Shown piece after piece: positions 20,930-33,800 of a stretch of 64,000 nucleotides of DNA. A model generated the notes under the pieces. That model did no database searches. It worked only from the letters and a program-made list of their open reading frames with translations, and was not told the DNA's origin. The stretch lies in NCBI GenBank assembly GCA_043228905.1, contig JBHGNT010000018.1, positions 15,810,001-15,874,000 of the forward strand, given 5' to 3'. Both the position numbers and the translations under genes were made by a program. Position 1 is the stretch's first letter. Each line of letters begins with the position of its first letter. Origin of the DNA: Azolla caroliniana (lineage: Eukaryota > Plantae > Polypodiophyta).

Positions 20930-23563
20930 TGTTGTTGGGGTGGGGGGTGAAGCCCCAAGGGGGTTACGATAGTGAGAGAGCTAGAGAGAAAGACAAATTG
21001 AAAATGACACCAAATGAGAGGGGAAAAAACTATATCTCATTACATGCCCCATAAGGGGTTTATATATTACATAATGTAACGGTAAATAATATGTCTGTTA
21101 CAAAAAGAGACCGTTATAAATAAGACCGTTACACATTCTTGTACACATGCACATAATTGTGCATGTGTCCATACACATACACATACTCATCCTCACACAC
21201 TCATTTACTTTACCCATACACATCAACCACATCATTACACATACCCTTATGCCTCCCCGTATATTCTTACGGGTAACACATGGCACGCTTGTGGGACAGT
21301 GCATTGCACGGTGAACCCACTCGCCATGACAACTCTTCTCGACCGAAACTCCATTGGTCATCTAAACAGTCGAAAATCCCTCGACCGGATCACTGCTCTA
21401 CGATCGATAACTTTGATCGGAGCTTTGCTTGACTCGAACCTTCTCGTTCGGTCAACACAAGTCACGATTGGATCATACACCAATCGGCTAGTTCACTATG
21501 GCATGGGTCGTCAAATCGTATTGTGCATTTGTGCATTCTTTCTTTCATCATGTGAAATGAGTTTTATATTTTTTACCCGTTGGTCTTTAAAATTTTGCCC
21601 TCATGTTTTTTTAAATTTTTTTTATTTTATGCCCTTGAGTTTTCGAAAATTTCTCTTCTACCCTTATGTTTCTGAAATTTTCTCTTCATACTCCTCTTCT
21701 CTTCCTTCATTTCCTTATATTCTCCTCTTTTTTCTTCTCTTCTTCTGCTTCTTCCTCCTCCACTTCGTTTCTTCCTGTTTTCCTTCTCTGTGTGTATGTT
21801 CTATCTTTTTCTTTTTCCGTGGTCATCTATGGCCATTTCCATCCGTGTCGTCACCATCTCTCCGGCCAACTCTATCGGCCACTACTATTATGCGGGTTCT
21901 ACCATGTCTTTTCGGACACCTGTCGAACTTCAGCCATCTCTTGGGCTCTGCCACCGTCGATCTTCGTTCGTCCACTCTGTCGGATGTTGAAGGGCAGGCT
22001 CTTGGCTGACATTTCTGTCTCAGCCGATTCTCGGCCCAGCCGCCTGGCCGGCTTTGTCCGGCCACCGCCGTCTGTCGGTTGTCAAACCGGCTCTGTCCTA
22101 CGACCATCACTCACTCGGCCATCTTTGTCCGGTTGGTCGTCACTTGGCCGTCGTCGTCCATCTGTCGGCTGGCCATGTTTGTTCGCAGGCCGGCTGTCGA
22201 ACGTCGTCCGTCGCCGTTCGTCGGTGGCCGACTGTCCGCTCGGGCGAGGAGATGGTGGTGGTGGTGGTGAACTGGGCCTCACTCCACTCTCTGAACCAGA
22301 TGTAGAGTTTCCATAAGAGCTCACTGTAGAGGGAGATACATTTCCATAAGGCACATTACATCTAGAGCCATGTGATCCCAAGTTCGCATTCCTACTCATT
22401 CCACCATAGCTCTAATTTAGATTTAGACTTAGGCTCAGAGTTGCCATAGGAAGGGGGGAGAGCTTGGGTGAAAGCGATGGAGTGGGGAGTGATGATCGTT
22501 GCCATAGCTGTGAAGAGTATTTGGGACAGACAAACAAACACGTAGAGAGGAAGGTGAGATGAGGAGGGGATGATGAATGTAGAGAGGGGATGATGATGGT
22601 AAAGGCATCACAAGCATATGCAAAGTCATCATCATGATCCTCCCCCTCCTCCTGTGGATTCTCCATCATCATGTGGGTGTGTCTAAGAATCTGTAAAATG
22701 CCCACAAGTCACTACCACCACCAAGGGAAAAGGGAACAAGGAAGGCAGGAGAGAGAGGGAGAAGAATATTGCGTGCTTCCAAATCATTTTTCTCTGTACG
22801 TGTTTCTAAGCTTTGTACGTGTTTGTAAGAGAGCTAGACTGATAGCCTTTTCACCGGGACGCAACTGTGGACCAATTCTTCCAGAATCCTTTTCTCCCAA
22901 AATCTTATGCATCAATTTTTCTTCTCAGCCATGGGAACTTCAGCCATGATCTCCATGTCTTCTTCAAGTCTTTCATCTCATCAAAAACCTCTGATCGTAT
23001 CATGTAGAGAGTTTTTCACCAAAAACCTCTAATAAAAATGGCTCACCATATAGTGATTGTATGCACAAAAACACACTCTCTAACACACACAAGTAGAGAC
23101 ATAGAGAGGGAGGGTGAAAGATTAGTGCTGGAGAGAGGGAGAGGGAGAGTGAGGGAGGGAGAGATCACCTCTTCTCAAGGGAGGTCGGCCGTTCGGGCGT
23201 GCCAAAAGTGTTGTTGGGGTGGGGGGTGAAGCCATTCTCCCAAGGGGGTTACGATAGTGAGAGAGCTAGAGAGAAAGACAAATTGAAAATGACACCAAAT
23301 GAGAGGGGAAAAAACTATATCTCATTACATGCCCCATAAGGGGTTTATATATTACATAATGTAACGGTAAATAATATGTCCGTTACAAAAAGAGACCGTT
23401 ATAAATAAGACCGTTACACATTCTTGTACACATGCACATAATTGTGCATGTGTCCATACACATACACATACTCATCCTCACACACTCATTTACTTTACAC
23501 ATACACATCAACCACATCATTACACATACCCTTATGCATCCCCGTATATTCTTATGGGTAACA
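20930..23563 (-). mobile_element. Complete non-coding LTR element J (about 2.6 kb, TRIM/LARD-like)
   Basis: LTRs 20930-21278 and 23209-23563 (TG...CA), perfect TSD CCAAC (20925-20929 / 23564-23568), no protein domain. Strand inferred from the TATAAAAA-then-CT-rich order seen in the L copy. Confidence 0.93.
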
Positions 23564-25929
23564 CCAACATCCAAGAGATCTCGGAATATATCATTTGCCA
23601 TGTGCTGGAAGATTGTTGGCGCATTAATGAGACCAAATGGCATGACCGTATACTCGAAGTGCCCATAACTAGTGCGAAACGTGGTCTTCCATTCATCTCC
23701 TGGTCAGATCCGTACGAGGTTATATGCTCCTCGTAAGTCGATCTTTGTGAAGAACCTTGCACCATTGATCCATTCTAAAAGACTTAAGATAAGGGGAGTA
23801 CATACCTATTCCTGATGGTGACCATATTCAAGCCACAATAATCTACGACGAGAAGAAGTGATCCATCCTTTTTCTTGACAAAGAAAATGGGTGCGTCGGC
23901 TGGAGATTTCGAATGTCGAATGAAACCGTTTGCCAGTTTCTCCTTTATATAGGCTCGAAGGACTTCTAACTTGGTTGGTGACAAGTTGTAGATTGGTCCC
24001 CATGGTGGCTCTTTTCCGAGTTGTAAATCAATGGGGCAATCATACGCTCGGTGGTAAGGAAGCGTATTGGCTTGTACCTTATCGAACACATTCACATAAT
24101 GATGATACTTCTTTGGATGTTGAACTGTGGATTCCTCTTTAGTGGTGTTGCAAGGTTTTACTGATACCGCGAAGACGAACATTGCTTCCTTGCGTCCTTC
24201 CTCACCCAATTGATGTAGTGAAATGGTTTCAATCCTATGAGTAGATCCTCGGGTTTGTCGATACTGGATTTCTCTTGTTCTCTAATCTATGTCTAGGCTA
24301 TGTAATTTGAACCATGGTAATCCCAAAACAATGGGATGTTCTGGGCTACTAATTATATTAAATGATACTACACACGCTAAATTATCTAGGAAAATATTAA
24401 CTAACTCTGAGACTTCTATGATATTTCTGGAAGCGATGGGACGACCATCAATGACTACTACCGAGCCTAGACAAGGGAGTTTTCTTAGGGATATCTTATG
24501 AGCTTGGGCAAAATTCCTATCCATGAAGCAAGAATTAGCTCCAGAATCTAGGAGTGTTAAGACATGTACTAGAGGGGTACTTTTAGTACTAACTATTACT
24601 TGAGCGAAGAACACATTGCTAACTTGCTTAGAGGGAATGGAACTACTAATGGGCTGCATAGATCTAGGGTTGTCCAACCAAACGGCTCCTATTTTGGTTG
24701 GACTTAGTCATTTAACTCTTCTTCTAACTAACTAAGGACATCAAATTTGTTTGATAGACTTGGGCTATTAGTACTATTAGGACTATTAGACACTCCTACT
24801 GAAATAGACTCAAGTTTAGTACAAGCAACTATTTGATTTACCTGTCTTCTTGGCCTATGTGGGCAGTTTATTGCGATATGCCCTGGTCCTCCACAATAAA
24901 GACATAATCGATTAACTCGACGTCGTTGCTTTTCTTCTTCCGACAATGGTCCATGACGACGTGTGGTATTGATTTCCATTGGTGTTGGAGTATTTGCCAG
25001 AGATGCATGATATGACTCCCTTGCAAATGGTTTTGCTACGACCGAGGCGTATGTGGGCTCCGACCTGGTCCTTGGCATTTGTAACTGGCGTTCCGAACGT
25101 CGCTCGAAAAGCCGGTTATCGCATCGTACCACTCGATTGATTGCCTTTGTGAGCGATTTTGGTTCTTCGGAGAAAGTCAGGAGTAAGTCTTTGACATCAT
25201 TTCGTATGTCGTATCGAAATTTCTCCATCAATGCTTGGTCATTCCAAGGGATATCAGAAGCGAGTAGACGAAAATCTACAACGTAAGCGGAGGCTGGACA
25301 ATCACCTTGACGTAATTGTCAGATTTTGTTGATTGCCATCCTTATGCTACCAGTATCTCCAAAACAGGCTTTAAACTCGTTTATAAACTCTTCAAAATTA
25401 TTTAGTAAGGAAGAACTTGTTTCCAACAATGGAGCGAACCATGCCAAAGCTGAGCCGCTTAGTAACGTGCCTACTAGACCCACTCGTGATGCATCGGTGG
25501 GATATCGGGAAGGATGCATTTGAATGACTAATCATACCTGATTAAGGAATCCTCTGAACTGTGATCACATTGCATCGAATTTCATTCGAAGGCCGATCTT
25601 GGGCTCTTTCTGAATCCCTTGAGTACTTGATCCTTATTGTTGCAATGCTACAATGGTTGCTTCAAGTTGTTGCACGCGTAACACTAACTCCCCATGTTGT
25701 TGTTGCGCTTGGTGCTTTTCTAAAGAGATTTGTTGAAGATGCCCCAACAACCGTTGATTTTCTTGTTCCAATGCGACAAACCTTTCTTTCAAGCACAGCA
25801 GCTCCGAGAAAACAGATTGGTATTCTTGAGTGCTAACAATTGCCATAGTATTGGAGGAAGGAAGGATACGAAGATTAGTATGAAGGGAATGAGGGATACG
25901 AAGCTGAAGAGGGAAAAATCAGTTCAAAC

Positions 25930-26355
25930 TATCAGGGATAGTACTAGAGGCAAGGAGAATAAATACTAAAGGTAGAGGAGAAGAATGAGGATTAGTATTA
26001 AGAAGGGAAAGAGTGTGTGAGAACCACATGAGAGGACAGAGAGAGAGAGAGAGAGATAATGATGACAACAAGAAGTACTTTATATTATAAGAAGAAAGAT
26101 ACAAGAACAACTAGGAGGCTTAAGATTGGCGTTGAACCGATTTGGTTCTTGATAATGCTATGTGCCTCTTTTTATAGTGGTTTTAGGAATACTCTTCTTC
26201 GATAATGTTCTAGAGAAATATATAATAGTGTAATAATAAATGGTAATAAAATTCTTTGTATTATAACTTATAGCTTAATGGTAAGGCTTCCGCCCATGTG
26301 CCACAAGGTCATGGGTTCAAATCTTTTTGAAGCCATACCATACTATATCATGACA
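25930..26355 (-). repeat. 5' LTR of chromovirus I
   Basis: Starts TGTCATG, TATAAAAA at 26176-26169, ends TGATA (likely mutated TGACA), followed by a putative self-primer PBS at 25927-25916. Confidence 0.8.
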
Positions 26356-27067
26356 CCCATTCAAACTTCTGCCCCTTTTCAGTAAGCCATAGAGTGGCTT
26401 AGCTATATGTGCAGAATTGGGAATTCAAATGTGGTAGAAGGCACATGCCCCTAGGAGCCGTCAGACCTCCGTGGTCGACTTGCATTCCTCCTTCAGCACT
26501 GAGATGGCCTCGACCTTAGCCGGAGATGGTTTCCGACAGTAGGGTCCGTGTTGAGCGGCAAGCTCAACTGGAGCCGGATCGGCTGGATAAGCCTGAGCCG
26601 GTGAGCGAGACGGATCGGTAAGCCGGTGAGCAACCGAGCTGGGAAGCAATAGAGCCGACAAGCAACAGAGCCGGTTAGCCGGATCCAATTGGTAACCGGA
26701 AGCCTAGTATTAGTTTAGACTACTAGGCAGTTATAGTCTCGTAGTAAGTGTTAGATGCTCGTGTGAGCATTGAAGTACGCGGTACTTTTGTCAGTCCCAT
26801 GAGGACTTGTATAAATAGTGCTACTGAGCACAATTGTATGGACAAAGTGTTTATATTGTTTGGAATATACCTTTTACGTTCTGGTCTCTCTGTCTCTCCC
26901 GTGTACTCTGTGTATACTCTGCTTTCTCTGTTTTCTAATGCTTCTGCAAGTAATCATTTACATGGTATCAGAGCGCCAGGGTTGAGAACCTCTGTAGCCG
27001 ACAAACGCTTGAAAGCAAACCCTAACAGGTCGTAAGAACAACAGACAGAGAAGTGATGGATAGAGGA

Positions 27068-29749
27068 ATGGCTAGCTCGCTCCCTATGGAGAAACTCGAC
27101 AGATCCAACTATGCATCTTGGTCGTACAAGATGCACTAGTACCTGCTTGGGCATGGCTACTGGAGTTTCGTCGAAGGAACCAACGAAACAACACCTGATG
27201 CGGCACATATGGATTTCCCAGTGTGGGAACAATCGGCAAGCAGAGTGATGTACTGCTTCGCGTTCAGTGTCAGAGATGAGCTGCTGAGCCACATCCGAGA
27301 CGCCAAGACGCCGAAGGAGGCTTGGGGAAACTTGAAGAAGGCTTTTGCCGCGAGCACTACAGCCCGGAAACTGCAACTCCGACAGGAGTTGAGCAATGTC
27401 CGACAGAAGGACATGTCAGTGGCGGATTACACGGCCCGGATCAAAGAAACCAATGACTCGCTTGCCTCTATCAACGTTACCATAGAGCAAGGCGAGATGG
27501 TACAATTCTGTCTTGGGAATCTAGCGTCTAAGTTCAGAGCATTCCGAACGGTGGTATGTACAAGGGAGAATACACCGTCATTTTTCGACTTACAGTCGAT
27601 GCTCCTTGTAGAGGAGAACCACGCCGGTGCGTCAACTAGCGCACCCATTGACAGCCGGATGTTGTACACGGAAGCAGATCGGTCCCGTGGGCGTGGTGGA
27701 CGAGGAGGGTCGGCATGCAATGGAGGTGGCCAGCAAGACCAGGAACAAAGGCACAGAGAACATGCCGACAACAATTCTAGACCCTCCGGGAGCAGGGGGA
27801 GTCATGGCGGCACCGGAAGACGGCAAGAGAAGACTACAACAGAATGCTGGTACTGTGGAAAAAAGGGCCACAGAGAAAGCGAGTGCTGGAGAAAACGCGC
27901 CGATTCGGACAAATTCGGATCCGGCAAAGCCGGCAAGGATGGCCGACAAAGCTCGCACTACGCGAAGGGATCGGGAGTATCCAAGAACGGTAACAGGCCA
28001 GCCTTGATGATGAAGCACGAGGCGAACTCGATGAAGAAGACCACTTCAAAATCGGAGGAAGTGTGGTATGTTGATTCCGGTGCGTCGAACCACATGACGA
28101 GCCACAAAGAGTGGTTCTCCTTTTTGGAGAAACCGGATCAACCAGGAGTAGTCGAAACCGGAGACGACACTCCTCACCCAATCGTGCATGTCGGAGAAGT
28201 CCCTTTGAGCCACGTCGGACAGAAGGGGAAGCTGATGAACGTATTACACGTTCCGACAATCACGAAGAACCTGGTGTCGGTCGGACAGATCGTCAAATCA
28301 AGGGATGCAGGTGCGGTTTACGCACCTCGGGTGCTTCATCGAGGAAGAGGGCCAGATTATTGCGCAAGGGCGTAGAGACGGGAGGATGTTTATCCTCGAC
28401 ACCAATGACATCGACATCGCTGTGTTTGCAAAAGGACAAAAGGTTGAATCAGACATCGACATGTGGCACAAGCAGATAGGCCACGTCAATTAACGGAGGC
28501 TTCAAGACCTGCAAATGAAACAAGTTGTTTTCGGTTTGCCGAAGTTCAGCGGCCGGAAGGCCCAAGTATGTGAAGCCTGCCAACTCGGGAAGCAACACCG
28601 GCTTCCATTCCCTACGAAACGTAACTGGACCTGTAACAAGCTCGACCTTATCCATTCGGATGTGTGGGGACCGGCACAGAATGTTAGTCTTGGTGGGAGT
28701 CGATATTTCGTCTCCTTCATCGACGACTATAAGCGACACACATGGATCTACCTCATTGAGTGGAAGAGTGAAGTCTTCGAGTGTTTCCGGAGTCTCCAAA
28801 TCATGGTGGAACGGGAATCAGAGAGGAAGATCAAATGCCTGCGGTCGGATGGCGGAAAAGAATACTTTTCCAGCCAATTCAACAGTTATCTGCAACAAAA
28901 GGGAATTCGGCGAGAGTTCAGCTGCAGATTCACACCGCAACAGAACGGTGTTGCTGAAAGGAAGAACCGGTCGCTTATTGATGCGGCAAGGGCAATGCTG
29001 GAGGAGAAGAGCATGCCCAAATTCTACTGGGCGGAGGCAGTCCGAACGGCTGTCTACATACAGAACCGGATCGGTGACAAGGTGTCAGCTCACGAGCTGT
29101 ATTTCGGGCACAAGCCGAATTTGAGACACTTTAAGATCTTCGGTAGCATTGCATATGTGCATGTACCGGATGAGAAGTGGAGGAAGCTGGATGCAAAATC
29201 GGAAAACTGCATCCTAGTCGGCTATGCTCAAGAGCAAAAGGTATATAAGTGTTATAACTCCCAGACAAAGCAGGTCCGAGTTAGTTGAGATGTTGAGTTC
29301 GATGAATCGGCATCGTGGTACTCCTTACCGGCTCCGACTTCCGAATCCGACCCAATGCCGGAGGATGAGGTTAGTGAGCCTGAACCGGCCTAGGTAGATG
29401 ATGATGAAGCGTGGACTCAGGATGAGAGTCCGGAATTGTTTCGGTTGAGCAGGCCGAACGAGAGACTAAGTCAATCTGACCAGTCCGATGAGGAACCGGA
29501 GAGTAGTGGAGACTCTGCCGTGCTCTCCCCGTGCAAGGAAGTGAGGAGACGGTTCACGCGCAAAGAGAAAGGGAAGAGAAAGATGCCGGAATTCGAAACC
29601 GGCAACGATGAGTCGGATCGGTGTGCATCCGACTCCGGTAAGGAGAAAGGCGGATCTTCGGCAACGAAGAACGAACCGGCCAAGAAGGGCCTCAAACCGG
29701 GTAACGGTGAGTTCGCCGGTCCACCCGCCAGAAGGATCCCGTCAAGCGG
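27068..29749 (+). pseudogene. Copia D gag-PR-INT with stops and a frameshift
   Basis: CWYCGKKGHRESEC, WYVDSGASNHM, DVWGP, SDGGKEY, QNGVAERKNR in ORFs 27209-28375, 28305-28493 and 28515-29288. Confidence 0.9.
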
Positions 29750-30870
29750 TGTCATGAAGGAGAACGTCCCCAGGCGCAAACCGTGTATAGCGTATGTGAA
29801 CTGGCCCTTACACCTGGGCACGCCCCTTGTTGTATAGTAGATAGGTAGGCGCAAAAGTCAAATCCTAGGTAGCAATATTTTATAGGGGAAATCGAGGAGT
29901 ATCTCTGTCCAAAAGGACCGAGAATTAATGTGATGTAAATGGGTGAGACGGTCTCCCTCCTTGAGCTATAAAAGAGAGGGAGACGGGGGAGAAGGTATGG
30001 CGCGCTGGAGGGGACGAAGTGCTGTCGGACTGGGACCGAGCTCTTCTTCTCTCCATAGCTTTCTTTTGCGCAGGTTCTCAGGAGGCTGATTCTGCTCCGT
30101 AGAACGCCCGTGTGCTTCCGGCAGAATCTCCATCTTGCTCCCCTGTGTGCGTGGGTGATCAGGCGTCGGCATTCATCTCGCCGACCTGATCGGCTATAAC
30201 CGTTCGAGTCGTCTGCATACATATATTTACATACATACTCTAGTGTGTTGGGATTACGGTCCCTTCGGATGGGATGGTCGGATGTCGGAGATGAATGCCG
30301 ACAAGCCCGGTTGCGGTTTCGGAACCGGATGATGAAGACCCCGGCTTCGGAGCCGGATGACGAATGTACCCGGAGAGAGATCCGGATGCGGGGACATATC
30401 TGTGAATATGTTTGCCAAGGGCCCTTGAGGCTATAGTTGTAAATAGCCCCAAAGTCATATGTGTATAAATATGACTTAGGGCAAACAGGTTTATTGTTGC
30501 TACTCATTTTTCTGTTTTTCCACTCAAGAGGAGTGAAGAGAGAGAGCAGCCGTGAGAGAGAGAGAGCGTGAGAGAGGAAGAGGTCGACGCCTCTGTGTAA
30601 TACCGCCGCCTGTGGCGAGGACAGCGAGCTCAAGGTCGTCGCCTTGCAGCTCGCCATTGTATATTTCCCAGCGTGTAGTGATCGTTGGAGGCTTGCACTC
30701 CCGTGGTTTTTCCCGTCTAGGGTTTTCCACGTTAATCCCTGTGTATTCGTGTTTTTTCTCTGTGGTTCCTATTTTCTGCTGCATTGATTCGCGCTTACTC
30801 GGTTGTGGCCGAGTGGTGAAGGTTAATCGGAGCGTCGATTTCTCAACAAACTGGTATCAGAGCGACTGCA

Positions 30871-33800
30871 GTGCAGAAAATGGAAGGCGGCAGCAGCGGG
30901 CAGCCGGGAATGATGGTGCTGAATGTGCAGAATTACGCCGACTGGAAGATCAAGATGGAGGATCTTCTGATTGTTCAGGACCTGTACGAACCGATTGACA
31001 GGTCGGAAATACCGAAGGGGGTACTTGAGTCGGAATGGAGGCTTCTGAACCGGAAAGCCGTTGCAACCATTCGGCAATACGTCGACGTGAGCGTTCTACA
31101 ACATGTGGCGAACGACATCAACGCATATGAGATGTGGCGGAAGCTGTCGGGCCTCTACGAGAGGAAGAATGCGTTGAACCGGACCTCCCTGATGAGGAAG
31201 ATAGTGAACCTCAAGTACCGGGACGGCGAGAGTATGGTGGAACACGTAAGCACGTTCATGGGATTCGTGAATCAGCTTGCGGCGATCAAGTTCCCGCTGG
31301 AGGATGCAATGCAAGCCATCATTCTGATGTGTACATTGCCCGAAAGCTGGGAGAACTTGGTGGTGACTCTCAGCACCTCCTGCACGGAAGATAAGTTGTC
31401 CCTACAAACGGTAAAGACAAGTATTTTGAACGAAGAAGCGCGTTGGAGAGATAAAGAACCGGCCTCCGACTCGAAGGCGCTGCTTACCGAATCGGAACGG
31501 GGAAGACACTGGAACCGGAGTCCGCAAAGACGGGAGAAGTCGGGGACCCGGTCGCAGTCAAGAGGAAGACCCACCTGCTTCCACTATGGGAAGCCGGGGC
31601 ACTTCCGGAAGAATTGTCGGCATTACCGAAAGGACAACGGAGCCGACGACACCGATTCGAAGAAGTCACCGGAGAGAAACGGTGCATACCGGGGAGCCAC
31701 GGACCGGAGAGGTCCGGATCGGCGAGGGCAGGACCGGAAAGGAACGACGGCACTCGCGGCAAGTGAGGAAGAAATCATGCTCATCACCGAAGAAGGTGAA
31801 CTAAACATTGCCGGCGATGAGACGACCTGGGTGGTCGATTCCGGAGCATCGTTCCACCTGACCCCGGAGAGAAGATACTTCTCATCCTACACAGCCGGTG
31901 AGCATGGCTGTGTTCGGATGGGAAATGAAGGTACGTGCCGGATTGCCGGCATAGGAGACGTGTGGTTGACAACCCCGACCGGATGCAAAATGCTGCTGAA
32001 GGATGTCCGACACGTTCCGGAGGTTCGATTGAACCTGATTTCGGCCGGGAGGCTAGACGATGAAGACTACACAGGTAGCATCCGGAACGGCGTAATGAAG
32101 TTCAGCAAGGGGAGCCTGATAGTGGCTCGGGCCCGGAAAGTCAACACACTGTACCTGATGAATGCCCGTTTATGTCCGGAAGAGCTGAATGTGGCAGCCG
32201 ACACTGCCGGTGAGCTGTGGCACAAAAGACTGTGCCACATGAGTGAGAAGGGGATGAAGAGGCTTGGAGAAGACAACCTTATTCCAGTGAAGCATGTGCA
32301 CCTGGAGAAGTGGACCGATTTCCTGGCCGGTAAGCAGAACCGAACCTCCTTCCACTCAAGGCCACCGACGAGACGTAGCGCACCATTGGAGTTGGTGCAC
32401 ACTGATGTGTGTCAGGTAGAAACGAAGTCACATGGCGGAGCCCAGTACTTCGTAACATTCATAGATGATCATAGCCGAAAACTGTGGACGGCACCGATGA
32501 AGACAAAGGACCAAGTGTTGTCCGTCTTCAAAGAACTCCACGCGAGCGTGGAAAGAGAATCCGGCAAGAAGCTGAAAGCGATACGAGCGGATAACGGAGG
32601 GGAATACCGGGGGCAGTTCGCGGAGTACTGTCGCTCGAAGGGAATCCGGCTCGAGTTTATTGTGCCGAAGACGCCGGAACTGAACGGGCTGGCCGAGAGG
32701 ATGAACCGGACCATAATGGAGAGGGTCCGGAGTATGCTGGCGCATGCAGGATTACCCAAGGGGTTTTGGGCTGAGGCGATGTCGACGGCGACATACGTGA
32801 TAAACAGATCACCCTCAGTACCTTTGGACGGAGACACGCCGCAGAGAGTGTGGACCGGTAGGGAAGTATCCTACCGGCATCTGAAGGTGTTCGGGTGTCT
32901 CGCATACGTGCATGTGGCAAAGGACCGGAGAGGAAAGCTAGATCCAAAGACCCGGCCATGCATATTCCTCGGTTACGGCGACGACGAGTTCGGCTACCGA
33001 GTATGGGACCCGGTCGACAAGAAGATATTCCGGAGTCGTGATATCATCTTCATGGAGAACAAGACACTCGCCGACTGGGAGTCGGAGAAGAAGATGAAGA
33101 GCTCGAAGTCGACCGGTGAGGATCAACTCTACGAGGAGCAGTCCCGACCGGCAAGGGACCGGTTAGCACTCGAGGATCCGGCCGAAGACGGTGAAGAAAC
33201 AGAACCGGCCGAAGAAGATGAAAATGATACCGGAACCGGCCCCGATCCCGAAATGGATTCGGATGAAGAAGAATCGGAAGAACCGGTTACCGAAGCTCCG
33301 GAACAGAGATATCCTCTAAGAGAGAGAAGGGCCCCCCGGAGATTTCCGGAACCAGAGCACGTGCTGCTAACCGACGAAGGGGAGCCGGAGAGCTTTGAAG
33401 AAGCAAAGCATGACACCTAGAGCCGCAGGTGGTTGAGTGCCATGCAGGACGAGATGGATTCCCTGCATGAGAACCACACATATGAACTTGTGGAGTTGCC
33501 GAAAGGAAAGCGGGCACTTCGAAACAAGTGGGTGTTCAAGCTGAAACCGGGAGATGCCGGAAACCCCCCGAGATACAAAGCCAGGATCGTGGTGAAGGGG
33601 TTTCAGCAGAAGAAGGGCGTCGACTTCGACGAGATATTTGCCCCGGTAGTGAAGATGACCTCAATCCGGACGGTGCTGAGCATAGCGGCAAGCACGGACC
33701 TCGAGGTAGAACAGATGGACGTGAAGACGACATTCCTTCACGGTGACCTCGAAGAAGAGATCTACATGCAGCAACCGGAAGGATTCGAGAAGAAAGGGAA

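Larger units (their letters stand above)
20495..26355 (-). mobile_element. Tcn1-like chromovirus I (5' LTR, gag, PR, RT), 3'-truncated, split by J
   Basis: LTR 26355-25930 (TGTCA...TGATA); gag (LSGSALAWFAPLLE, CLYCGGPGHIAINC); protease LLDSGANSCF; [25 protein letters not shown] (resumes left of J), FLGFANF. Inserted into the RT of Gypsy E. Confidence 0.9.

Noticed and set aside
23130-23164. GA-rich run as the PPT of J
   Set aside because: It ends about 45 nt from the LTR, whereas a PPT defines the LTR boundary; it reads as a CT-rich leader on the inferred sense strand.
26263-26335. Possible tRNA gene
   Set aside because: A- and B-box-like motifs are present but I cannot form convincing acceptor and anticodon stems; it lies inside an LTR, so it is reported as a tRNA-like module.
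29752-30657. 301-aa minus-strand ORF and other antisense ORFs over LTR or pol
   Set aside because: It spans the junction of two unrelated LTRs; such antisense ORFs are by-products of GC-rich TE sequence and show no domain motifs.
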